Source: a virus
Length of the DNA stretch: 64,000 nt
Virus record (IMG/VR): IMGVR_UViG_3300009129_001089
Reading direction: 5' to 3' (one strand)
A program made the translations under genes and the position numbers. How positions within the stretch are numbered: position 1 is the stretch's first letter; the number at the start of each line of letters is the position of its first letter. The notes under the pieces are model-generated. The model was not told where the DNA came from. It saw nothing but the letters and a program-made list of their open reading frames with translations, and did not search any database. Below, piece by piece: positions 37,809 to 46,695 of the stretch.

Positions 37809-38036
37809 TTACTTCTTGTTGTAGATTCCCCAAAGGATCCATAACGCGATTAAGCCAACAAGTCCTTCTCCACCTAATGCTTTCACGAAACTGATTACAT
37901 TACCTAGGATGTCGATAGGAAGGAATACTACGTTTGTACCAAAAATGATTTGGAATACAACGCCTAATGCTATGACCGAAAGACCAATTTCTGTAAGTCC
38001 TCTAATCCAAGCAGATACATTTTTAATAATGTCCAT
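37809..38036 (-). CDS. Small integral membrane protein
   Basis: Almost wholly hydrophobic; AGGAG RBS. Confidence 0.75.
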   Translation of the reverse strand: MDIIKNVSAWIRGLTEIGLSVIALGVVFQIIFGTNVVFLPIDILGNVISFVKALGGEGLVGLIALWILWGIYNKK

Positions 38037-38156
38037 AGTTTTTTACTCCTGTTAGTGATTATCTATAATCACTAGTATATTTACCTGGTTTTTTAGTATA
38101 TTTGGTTGTTTTGACCACTTTTCAGTGTTTTTTGGTGGTTAACTATTACTATAATA

Positions 38157-38175
38157 AGGGGGACTTAGTCCCCCT
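38157..38175 (-). terminator. Rho-independent terminator-like hairpin
   Basis: AGGGGGACT-AA-GTCCCCCT inverted repeat just after the stop at 38184. Confidence 0.7.
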
Positions 38176-38183
38176 AATTTAAA

Positions 38184-38414
38184 TTATTTGTTTTCAACAA
38201 ATTCGTAGAGCTCAGTGGCCTTAGTCTTAATATCATCAATGCTATATGACTTTGGCTGAAGTTCTTTCCAAAACTCCATAGTTGCGGTACCGTTCTCTAT
38301 TGCTAGATTCCAAGCATCCGTAACAAATTGCTCTTGCCTTGCTGTTTGTTCTTGAAGATAGCCTTGGGCCATTTCAAGTAATTTGAATCTAAGTTCAAAT
38401 GGATTACTAGACAT
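38184..38414 (-). CDS. Hypothetical phage protein (NPFELR type)
   Basis: Start reassigned to ATG 38414 after ACACACAAGGAG; the track extension lies in the tmRNA. Confidence 0.75.
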   Translation of the reverse strand: MSSNPFELRFKLLEMAQGYLQEQTARQEQFVTDAWNLAIENGTATMEFWKELQPKSYSIDDIKTKATELYEFVENK

Positions 38415-38445
38415 AATTTTCTCCTTGTGTGTGTCTGTGTGTAAT

Positions 38446-38854
38446 GGGGGAATTCTTCTGTTCCCAAGTGACCCCCCGGAGGACAATCCTCTAACTCGGC
38501 TACTGATTATGCGGCAAGCATAACCTGTGCAGGTGAATAATCGTTATTATTTGCGATTATGTTTTTTGTTGTCTCGTCGTTGCATCCCACGGTGTCGATA
38601 TCTATTTCACCCCCATCAACTAAAAACTAAAAGAGCCAAATACTGTTATTTTCTAAAAAATTTATTCCAAACAAAACAATACCTATTATAAGACTAATAA
38701 TAACGATTGTAGCAAATTCCCCGTCCATACCGATTCTCCCCGGAAGTACGAGTTTCATTTATTCCATTAAATGCTTCTAATTTTTATTTGGTGGAGGTGG
38801 GCGGAATCGCACCGCCGTCCAGTCGTTTTCAACAAAGAGTCTTTAACAACATTA
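38446..38854 (-). ncRNA. ssrA: Circularly permuted two-piece tmRNA; tag ANNNDYSPAQVMLAA
   Basis: Acceptor piece ends GGCGG-TGCGATT-CCGCC-CACCTCC-ACCA (38816-38789). Coding piece starts GGGGGTG (38614) with a G3.U70 pair. Tag frame 38554-38507. Inter-piece helix CAACGACGAG/CTCTTTGTTG. Outer ends are approximate. Confidence 0.92.
38627..38728 (-). CDS. 33-aa single-TM peptide inside the tmRNA intervening segment (43 aa from ATG 38758)
   Basis: MDGEFATIVIISLIIGIVLFGINFLENNSIWLF, with a GGGGAG RBS 8 nt upstream. Confidence 0.6.
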   Translation of the reverse strand: MDGEFATIVIISLIIGIVLFGINFLENNSIWLF

Positions 38855-38860
38855 ATATTT

Positions 38861-38889
38861 ATTATAACATAATTAAAATTGTGTGTCAA
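38861..38889 (-). promoter_or_regulatory. Perfect sigma70 promoter TTGACA-17-TATAAT (extended -10) for ssrA, overlapping ATAAATA
   Basis: Minus strand ttgaca-cacaattttaattatgt-tataat-aaata. Confidence 0.88.
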
Positions 38890-38898
38890 CCGTCTATT

Positions 38899-41319
38899 TT
38901 ATGCACTTATTACATTACTATTATCAATTCTTATCCAATTAGCACCGTTATATACAACCATGCAAGCACCACCTGTTTCATTTGAACACCATGCTTGTGA
39001 ACCTTGATCATTAGCACTATAAAATGCCGCTAATGCATTTAGTTCAGCAACTGTATAACTAGGTGTTTTAATTGTGCCTGCCGCCGAAGATACTGTTAAT
39101 GAAGCAGTTGAATTTCCTGCTGAATTAATTGTAAATGTAGATTGAAATGTACTTGCCATTGCAATACCTGAAGTATTTTCTACAGGAGAAACATGATCAT
39201 CAGATGAACCTATTGTAGGATACATTGCTGATGTATTTTGACCAACTATAGTTAATTGATATACATTGCTTGCAATCATGTTTTCTACTGGTGTGTATGT
39301 TAATAACTTATTACTATATGTAATAGTTCCGCCTGTTTCAAATGTATTTGTTGTAGAATTTTTAAATTTTACTGAACCACTACCTGCTGTTAATACTGCA
39401 ACATTACCTGTTGCTGTCCAATATGACGAACTAGTTGGTGGTACTTGGTTTGTGTTATTGGCTACTGCTGAAGAATATTCTGCTCCATTATATTCTACCA
39501 AATCACCTATTGAATATACTTTAGTAGCCGACCATGTAGTTTGAGTATCACCTAATGTAAACGTACTAAAATCCATATCTTGATTAAATCGTACTTGAAC
39601 TATTCCGTCAATTACAACGGTTGTATCGCCCGAACTAGGTGTAATTTCAAGAATTCTAGGTCGCTCAGATGCCAATGTTGTGACTGTACCTGCGGCAATT
39701 GCATCTGGTGTTTCTAATGATCCTTGGGTAAATTCATATTTGTAACCAATTACATTACCACAATAATCTTTTTCTGCAACTTGGGTATAAACAGGTGCAA
39801 TATAAGATTCTCCTGCAGATGCTAATGCAATTGAATCTTCGTCTAAAAATGCATCAAATATATTAGTTAAAATTGTACCATCTGTTCGTTGAACAGGATA
39901 TCCTGCCAATTGATTCCATATTGTTAATATATTTTGAGCGTTATTAATTGCAGTAGGCATATCTTGATAATTTGCTATTGCTTTTTGTTGTTGTTCTGGA
40001 GTTTGATCAGGTAATGATGTTCCTACATAATTTGTTGCACCTTCTCCTGCTACTGCCTCTTTACATGTAAATTGAATTGCTTGTATAGAAAGCATTTCTT
40101 TGCCAGAAATTGAGGTAGGTTTAAGTGGAGAAGTATCATGGTTAGTCGAACCAACTGCAAATGTAAATGTTGAACTTTGATAGGTTGAAGTATCTAAAAC
40201 AACTGTCCCACCAAATATTGTATCTCCGTCACCTTCTGGCTTAGGATTAATTGCTTGTACTCCTGTTGAGTTCCAAATTCGTTCATTACTACCATTGATA
40301 TCTGGTCCGCCAAGTATTCTTATAGTTCCGTAATATCCCGAACTAGGTGCCGTAGAATCAGGTAACCTACAAGTAAGTGATGCTGGATCCATTTTTTCTG
40401 TAAATTTAACAACAACATCTAATGTAACTTTTGTCGATGTTGTTGCTGTTGCATTGTTTATTTTTGTAACTATTATTGGTGCTACTTCTGTCCCATCTGC
40501 GGCAAATTGTACAGTACTATATCCTGATTGAAATATTTGTACTTCGGGATTACTATCAGGTAATGTTACAGGTGCAAGGCTATCTCCTGTGCCTCCGCCC
40601 AATCCATTTTGCTCCATTGCCGCATTTGCTATGTCATTTTCAAATTGTATAATTCTTTTAAAATCATCAGCAATAGACATTAATTGTGCAATCCAATCAT
40701 CAACCATACCACTAATATCTATACCTGCTTCTAATGCATCACGAATTTCTTGTAACAATCCACCATTTATATAAGCATCTGTATTGAGCTTTCCTGTAGA
40801 AAAATCAAAACAGACACTTGCTCTATCTGGTATTACTCTACCTAATTTATTAAGAATTGCTTCGCCTTTACCTAAAAATGCTCCCATAACTGTTTCCAAT
40901 AAATTTGGAATAGGTTTGGGATTTATCGGTGTGGCACAAAAGTTAATCATACTTGCTATTGCCGCGGCTTCACCAATAACTGCATTAAGTCTCATTAATG
41001 TAGCAGATAAACCTGTATGGGTATTAAATGCTTGAAGAGCCGATCGGCATGCCCCTAATGCACCCATTAATGCCGCATTTGCACTTGCAAGACCTAATAA
41101 TTCATTTAGGTTCATATCTAAACAAATTTGTATTTGAGGCATAGGTTTTAAACCATTGCCTGCAAGTAAATTACAAATCATAGTTTTCATATTTCCGCCT
41201 ATTTCTGCCCGTACTACTGTAGAATCTCCATATGTACCTTCAAGACCTACCGAGTGCTTTTCAGCTGAAATATAATTATTAAATGTTTGTAAATTGTCTC
41301 TAAATTCGCTGTATGCCAT
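38899..41319 (-). CDS. Large putative virion protein with Ig-like (Big_5-like) and CBM5/12-like modules
   Basis: VKFTEKMD and P...TP....VRFNQDMD Ig-like motifs; WSATKVYSIGDLVEYNGAEY...PP...W module. Confidence 0.7.
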   Translation of the reverse strand: MAYSEFRDNLQTFNNYISAEKHSVGLEGTYGDSTVVRAEIGGNMKTMICNLLAGNGLKPMPQIQICLDMNLNELLGLASANAALMGALGACRSALQAFNTHTGLSATLMRLNAVIGEAAAIASMINFCATPINPKPIPNLLETVMGAFLGKGEAILNKLGRVIPDRASVCFDFSTGKLNTDAYINGGLLQEIRDALEAGIDISGMVDDWIAQLMSIADDFKRIIQFENDIANAAMEQNGLGGGTGDSLAPVTLPDSNPEVQIFQSGYSTVQFAADGTEVAPIIVTKINNATATTSTKVTLDVVVKFTEKMDPASLTCRLPDSTAPSSGYYGTIRILGGPDINGSNERIWNSTGVQAINPKPEGDGDTIFGGTVVLDTSTYQSSTFTFAVGSTNHDTSPLKPTSISGKEMLSIQAIQFTCKEAVAGEGATNYVGTSLPDQTPEQQQKAIANYQDMPTAINNAQNILTIWNQLAGYPVQRTDGTILTNIFDAFLDEDSIALASAGESYIAPVYTQVAEKDYCGNVIGYKYEFTQGSLETPDAIAAGTVTTLASERPRILEITPSSGDTTVVIDGIVQVRFNQDMDFSTFTLGDTQTTWSATKVYSIGDLVEYNGAEYSSAVANNTNQVPPTSSSYWTATGNVAVLTAGSGSVKFKNSTTNTFETGGTITYSNKLLTYTPVENMIASNVYQLTIVGQNTSAMYPTIGSSDDHVSPVENTSGIAMASTFQSTFTINSAGNSTASLTVSSAAGTIKTPSYTVAELNALAAFYSANDQGSQAWCSNETGGACMVVYNGANWIRIDNSNVISA

Positions 41320-41897
41320 TATCCACCTATCTTAACATTAGGAGAAATCATTTTTTCCAATTTTTTCTTAATTGCTTTATCATAAATGCCGTAATAACTT
41401 TGTTTCGGATTAGGATTACTAGGCGGTGTTTTAGTTAAATCTAATCCAGTTTTATTACATTTGTCCCAATCTGCATCGCCAGGACTTGCTTCAACTGAAG
41501 GCAAATACCATTGATAATCTGGTGGAACTCCATTTGAAGTATTACCTGGACCTGCTCCGGCACATGCATTACTAGGAGGAGTAGACCCGCCACTACCATA
41601 TTTTTGACGTAAATTATGCCACATTTCCATATCGGATTCATTGGCGGCACTATTACCGTCTATAAAACATGTTTTTGGGGTATTAACTCTATGTGAGGGC
41701 TGAAGTGAATCCCGTGTTTTTATTGCATCTGTATAAGATGTATCAGGAGCCGTTTGGTGCAACGATATAGGTTTATCATTACATTTTACTGTAGGATTTG
41801 GAATGAAATTTATTCGACTGTAATCCATCATTTCCAAACCGTTTGCTACACAAACCTTGCTTGAAGGTTTTGTTAATTCTGTCATTGCCGCGGGCAT
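41319..41897 (-). CDS. PAAR-like spike-tip protein with a large insertion
   Basis: MPAA start, NPTVKCNDKPI, H, C-terminal SPNVKIGG. Confidence 0.45.
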   Translation of the reverse strand: MPAAMTELTKPSSKVCVANGLEMMDYSRINFIPNPTVKCNDKPISLHQTAPDTSYTDAIKTRDSLQPSHRVNTPKTCFIDGNSAANESDMEMWHNLRQKYGSGGSTPPSNACAGAGPGNTSNGVPPDYQWYLPSVEASPGDADWDKCNKTGLDLTKTPPSNPNPKQSYYGIYDKAIKKKLEKMISPNVKIGG

Positions 41898-41908
41898 TCA
41901 TATTTCCT

Positions 41909-42202
41909 TTATACTAATGTTATACCGCTCATTTGTGAACTGTATTCTTTTGCTATACTTTCTACAGGTTCAGCAATTGCAACGATATGTTTTTTACTAA
42001 TTTTTACTGCCTTACCTGATTTCATATCTACGGCTTGTAACCAAGGCATTAATGCTATGCCTTGTTGTGTTATTCCTACCATAAATGGTCTATCTACAGT
42101 ATATGAATCAGCATCATCTTCTACGTAAGAGCATATTAACTCTTCGGATGTTGTTAATTTTAATGTAACAACATCTCCTTTTTTATTTGTTTCTACTAAC
42201 AT
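41909..42202 (-). CDS. Small beta-barrel (Sm-like) phage protein
   Basis: VVTLKLTTSEELI, P....L.PW, Y pattern. Confidence 0.5.
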   Translation of the reverse strand: MLVETNKKGDVVTLKLTTSEELICSYVEDDADSYTVDRPFMVGITQQGIALMPWLQAVDMKSGKAVKISKKHIVAIAEPVESIAKEYSSQMSGITLV

Positions 42203-42204
42203 AT

Positions 42205-42480
42205 TTATTTGTTTTTTAGGAGTTGATCGACAGCGGATATTTTTACAGGAATTAAATTTGTTCTATAAATTGCTTTCCATAATTCATTGGCTCCGCCTAC
42301 CCGCCAATTACCATAATAAACAAGCGGAGCCTTATCTGCATTGTGTTTTTCTTTAAATTCTTTTTTTGGTATATCTATGCCAATACGAATTTCATCATAT
42401 TCGACTCCTCGTTCTTCCATTATTATTTTTGCATGGTCACATAATTTACAATTATCAATAGTGTAAATTGTTACATTCAT
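42205..42480 (-). CDS. Glutaredoxin/NrdH-like redoxin
   Basis: CKLC, AP, VGG; directly downstream of the RNR. Confidence 0.8.
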   Translation of the reverse strand: MNVTIYTIDNCKLCDHAKIIMEERGVEYDEIRIGIDIPKKEFKEKHNADKAPLVYYGNWRVGGANELWKAIYRTNLIPVKISAVDQLLKNK

Positions 42481-44816
42481 GCAACTTCTTTTAATAATGT
42501 TGTCTTAGGATCTTCTTCTTCTAATGCCCATTCTTTTTGTTCTTCATCAAAATCAATAGGACATCCACCTGGTGCTACACCACAATCAACATGTTCTCTA
42601 CCTATATCTTCTGTCATTGCAACTGCAATTGCTCTGCTAATTTCTTCATATTTAAATTTAGAAACTGCTTCTTCTGGTTGATATTCATATGCAGAAATAT
42701 CTGCTTGTGGCATTACAGAACATGCTCTTACAGTAGATTGGTGCTGTTTAATCATATCTTTAAAATGCTTATAATCTACAATTTCAGGTACATACTTAAG
42801 AGTATAACTAATTTGATTGCCAACATCTTCTGCTAAAGTCCCATCTTCATTGACACCTTGAATCCAATATTTTTCCCCTAACTTTAACCATTGATATTGT
42901 TCTTGCGGTGTTGCTTCACCTGCTGTAACAAGATTTTCTTCCAAACCTAATCCAGCAATAACTGGTTCTGTCGGAAACCCTACAATAGTAGTTCCACTAT
43001 ACTGTACTAATTCTTTTGTAGGATAACCATTTTTCTTATATTGCTCTACCAATGGATCGTCATTTCTAAACTGTACCCATCGCATATACCATGCTAATGC
43101 TGGTAAATGCCAACCTTCAGTAAGACCAAATAATTTACTTGTAGTTCCGGCAGGTTTAATGGTAGTCATTGTATGAGGAATTGTTTGTCCTAAATAAGCA
43201 GAATATTTTTTTGCTTCGTCTTTGACAGCTCTATTAAAACGTGCCATTGCCATCCAAAAATCTTTAGATTTTTCTTCATTTATTAAATCTCTAAATCCTA
43301 ATTTAAAAAATTTCCAGGCAAACTCTTGCACACCTGTTAATCCTACTCCTATCCTATTTGTACGTTCTACTTCTTTACCATATATGCTATTCATGCCGTT
43401 TACACGCAATAAAGCCCTCGTAGCAACACGGAAAGCCTCCTCTGCTTCATCTAATGTGTCTGCATGATAAGGTACTACGTCTGCAATAACACAAAATCCG
43501 CCTAATACATTTAATGCAATTTCTCCACACGGATTTGTAATTGTATGAAACTTCTTTTTCTTTGCACGTTTCGCAAGACGACTCATTAATATTTGTGTAT
43601 CTTCTCTAAGTTGGTACTTAGGACTACCGACATAATCACCACGATTTAAGTCATCCCATCCTTCGTCGTTTTGTACTAACATATCAGAGTTAAGTATGCC
43701 TGGTTCGCCTGTACCATCAGCATAAGCGGCTTCTGTAAGCAGTTTAAACACAGCTCTAGCATGTTTTGTTAAGTCATCATTATATTTGGCATCACCACGT
43801 TTTACATTAAGCCTATTCCAAAAATCTTTATCTGTAGTAACAGAATTATTACTTGACCATAAAAAGCCCATTGGAGGATACGCAGAATCTTTATTATATT
43901 GAACTATATCTTCCATGTTTAATCCAATATATTCAATAGGTCTTTTAACTGTAATAAAATTCAATACAGTTTTATCCTTCCATGTTTTAGTACTCATCCT
44001 AGCGGCCCGTCGAGCGCCTCCTACAAGTACACATTCAGCCATGTAATGATCTACATACATCGACTGTCGCCATGGCTCCATGCCAGCATCTTTAATAGTT
44101 GCACATTTTTCAAAGGCATTTAATAAAGATACAGGACCACTTGCTGGTCTATTCTGCATCCCCCCAATGGGTGTTCCTTTTGCTCGTACTTTACTAAAAT
44201 CTAATACAAGCATTTTATCTTTATGAATTTTTTCAAAAGCGGCATTTTCCCAAATTTCTAATGCCTGGGCCCATCCTTCTCTACTATCTGGAATTTCATA
44301 CCAAAGAGTATTTTCTCCTTGACCGTATTTGTGTTTTCCATCTCGCAATGATGTATGTGCTGAATAATCAAAATCTGGATGACTTTCGTCTAATACACAT
44401 CGTAATTGGGGTGCATTATTCCAATCAACCAACATCATGTCATCATCATAACATCGTCCAACCCCTGATCCGTTTAACAGTAAATAAAAAAGTATAAAAC
44501 TTGTGCTTGATGTAGCACAATTTGTAAACACTTCCATATTTCGTTCTGGCTGTTTTTCATCACCATGTTGTAAGTGTCTGCCACTCATTAACAGACTTGC
44601 TTTTGCTATATGTTTTTTTAATAATCTAAATTCTCTATCTTTATCTTCTTCTTTAGGGCATAACAAACTATTACCCATTGCTACTCTATTAGCAACATCA
44701 TGCCATGTTTCCCATTCTCCGTTTGGTTTTTTTCTTAATACTGTTCGTTCGGCAACGGCTTGTCCCATACCAGGATGAAATGACCTGACATTCGGAAAAA
44801 AGGTTGGTTTCTTCAT
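42477..44816 (-). CDS. nrdJ: Class II (adenosylcobalamin-dependent) ribonucleotide reductase
   Basis: SGRHL, FTNC, GSGVG, DSREGW, VLVGGARRAARM, TNPCGEI, TTIKPAGT, C-terminal C...GGCP; start at MKKPT after GAGGAG. Confidence 0.88.
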   Translation of the reverse strand: MKKPTFFPNVRSFHPGMGQAVAERTVLRKKPNGEWETWHDVANRVAMGNSLLCPKEEDKDREFRLLKKHIAKASLLMSGRHLQHGDEKQPERNMEVFTNCATSSTSFILFYLLLNGSGVGRCYDDDMMLVDWNNAPQLRCVLDESHPDFDYSAHTSLRDGKHKYGQGENTLWYEIPDSREGWAQALEIWENAAFEKIHKDKMLVLDFSKVRAKGTPIGGMQNRPASGPVSLLNAFEKCATIKDAGMEPWRQSMYVDHYMAECVLVGGARRAARMSTKTWKDKTVLNFITVKRPIEYIGLNMEDIVQYNKDSAYPPMGFLWSSNNSVTTDKDFWNRLNVKRGDAKYNDDLTKHARAVFKLLTEAAYADGTGEPGILNSDMLVQNDEGWDDLNRGDYVGSPKYQLREDTQILMSRLAKRAKKKKFHTITNPCGEIALNVLGGFCVIADVVPYHADTLDEAEEAFRVATRALLRVNGMNSIYGKEVERTNRIGVGLTGVQEFAWKFFKLGFRDLINEEKSKDFWMAMARFNRAVKDEAKKYSAYLGQTIPHTMTTIKPAGTTSKLFGLTEGWHLPALAWYMRWVQFRNDDPLVEQYKKNGYPTKELVQYSGTTIVGFPTEPVIAGLGLEENLVTAGEATPQEQYQWLKLGEKYWIQGVNEDGTLAEDVGNQISYTLKYVPEIVDYKHFKDMIKQHQSTVRACSVMPQADISAYEYQPEEAVSKFKYEEISRAIAVAMTEDIGREHVDCGVAPGGCPIDFDEEQKEWALEEEDPKTTLLKEVA

Positions 44817-44856
44817 TATTTTGTTCTCCTCGAGTTTCCTCTTATTGGTTAGTTTT

Positions 44857-45519
44857 TTATTTATAATATTCTTCCAATCGTTCTGTCCATTTTTCACATT
44901 TATCTTCAAATTTTTTCCCTTCGCAAATAAATTCTTGATATTGCTTTTCTCGTGAACACATTATTATAACGATTTTATTAATCTTAGTTCCATATAATTC
45001 ATTATGGGCCAATGCATATGCACAACATTGCAAATAATAATCTTCGATCCATTCTTCTTTTTTAGGTTTAGTTGTACTTTTATAGTCCATTATTGCTGGT
45101 GTACCATCATGTACTCCAACTAAATCTGTAGTACCTGCATATAAATCGGGATAATAAAGACTTATTTCTGAGCCCCATATTTCATTTATATTAACCAATC
45201 CTTTTTCTATAACAACTTCACTCATGTCTTTGGCTAATTTATAAACAAAATTATTACCATTAGGTCGTTCTTCACCTAATATATAATTTTCTAAATGTTT
45301 ATGAAATATAGTACCTAACCCCGAGGCTTCTTTTGTTATACGATTTGCTTCTTCTTCACCAACTCGTTTTTTCCATTCTATAAGAAATGTTTTATCTTTG
45401 GTTTTATCTAAGATTGTTGTAACAGAGGGGAGATTACCAGATGGGGTATTATATAACCTTTTGCCTGAATTATTGATCCGTTTTAGAGACGGATAGTCGT
45501 ACTTCTCTATAAGATTCAT
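44857..45519 (-). CDS. PD-(D/E)XK exonuclease
   Basis: PSVTTIL, GTIFH, E, YAGTTD, DYKS, Q..AY. Confidence 0.85.
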   Translation of the reverse strand: MNLIEKYDYPSLKRINNSGKRLYNTPSGNLPSVTTILDKTKDKTFLIEWKKRVGEEEANRITKEASGLGTIFHKHLENYILGEERPNGNNFVYKLAKDMSEVVIEKGLVNINEIWGSEISLYYPDLYAGTTDLVGVHDGTPAIMDYKSTTKPKKEEWIEDYYLQCCAYALAHNELYGTKINKIVIIMCSREKQYQEFICEGKKFEDKCEKWTERLEEYYK

Positions 45520-45525
45520 ATATAA

Positions 45526-45554
45526 AGTATAACATATTAATAAGTTTTTGTCAA
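45526..45554 (-). promoter_or_regulatory. Sigma70-type promoter TTGACA-17-TATACT, extended -10
   Basis: Minus strand ttgaca-aaaacttattaatatgt-tatact. Confidence 0.8.
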
Positions 45555-45979
45555 CGAATCCAGCCGACTTTTTCGCCTGCTTCTATTCTTCTAGTATGTT
45601 CGTCTTTACTGCTTGGATAACGCCATGCCCATATTGCAACTAAAGCCATAAAACCTCCTGACCATAATACTGCTTTTATATTATCTATTGCATAATATGT
45701 TATTATTAATGTACTTGCCATAACAATAAGCATAGACCATTTAGCATACATCGGAAACACTCTATATTCTGTCCAATTAGTTAAAAAAGGTCCAAAGTAT
45801 TTGTGATTGTAAATCCAGTCGTGCCATTTTTTGCTAGATTTAGCAAAACTATATGCGGCTATTACTAAAAATATACTAAAAGGTATACCAGGTGTAACTA
45901 CACCTATATATGCCATACCTAAACTAATCATGCCTAATGAAAACCATAAGGCTCTTTTAATTGTCCATTTTTCTTTCAT
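45551..45979 (-). CDS. YbaN/DUF454-like inner membrane protein
   Basis: IGVVTPGIP..F..AA..FAKSS...H..FGP...W. Confidence 0.8.
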   Translation of the reverse strand: MKEKWTIKRALWFSLGMISLGMAYIGVVTPGIPFSIFLVIAAYSFAKSSKKWHDWIYNHKYFGPFLTNWTEYRVFPMYAKWSMLIVMASTLIITYYAIDNIKAVLWSGGFMALVAIWAWRYPSSKDEHTRRIEAGEKVGWIR

Positions 45980-46692
45980 AATTTAAAATTTTTTGTTAGT
46001 TCTTTTTGAAATGCAGAAGTTATATCTTCTACTACTTTAGGCGGCGGAAGATCACTATTAATTCCTATGTATTTAATATCACATGAAGTAGATATTCTAT
46101 CTTCTGGCGATTTATTAATTTCTGTGTGATGCTTTAGGTACCCTGGAAATATTATTATTTGTCCTTGTTTACCTTCAATTCTTTCTCTAACAGGAACTTC
46201 ATTACAAGGGTATGTTCTCTTAGTTGCTTTTAAACCAGTGTTTTCCATATGTAAATCTCCTTGCTCTGGTAAAAATTTAGGATAATACGATACACTAAAC
46301 TTAGCATCAAATCGTGCATGATCGTGTGATCCTATATAATCGCCTTGCATAGTTATGTTAGTCCATGCTCGAGATACATATGGTACCAAATAAGGAAAAT
46401 TATGTTGATTAAATTCTGGTCCTAATTCTCGTGTATACTCATTTAATGCCCACATCACATCATCTAAAAATTTTAAAGGATAACCTGGTATGTAATGTGA
46501 TCTATGTATAAAAGGTTCTATATGATCTTTCATATCTTGAGGAGCATCCGACTCTTTCATTAGTTTAAAAATATCTGTATTCTCAACTAAATTTTTAGAG
46601 TAATATGCAAACTTAATGAAATCATCATTATATGATTCTGCATTAGGTAAGGTATATACACCTATACTTTCACCAAATATTTTTCTTATCAT
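45976..46692 (-). CDS. 2OG-Fe(II) oxygenase (TIGR02466-like)
   Basis: HDH, SVSYYP, FPGYLKH, RIS. Confidence 0.82.
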   Translation of the reverse strand: MIRKIFGESIGVYTLPNAESYNDDFIKFAYYSKNLVENTDIFKLMKESDAPQDMKDHIEPFIHRSHYIPGYPLKFLDDVMWALNEYTRELGPEFNQHNFPYLVPYVSRAWTNITMQGDYIGSHDHARFDAKFSVSYYPKFLPEQGDLHMENTGLKATKRTYPCNEVPVRERIEGKQGQIIIFPGYLKHHTEINKSPEDRISTSCDIKYIGINSDLPPPKVVEDITSAFQKELTKNFKL

Positions 46693-46695
46693 ATA

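Noticed and set aside
38789-38820. Possible tRNA fragment or attachment site
   Set aside because: It pairs with GGGGGTG at 38614 and is linked to a tag frame, so it is the acceptor piece of a permuted tmRNA. No integrase or duplicate copy is seen.
38788-38985. Plus-strand ORF MVEVGGIAPPS...
   Set aside because: It is the reverse complement of the tmRNA T-arm and acceptor end, a typical tRNA-like shadow.
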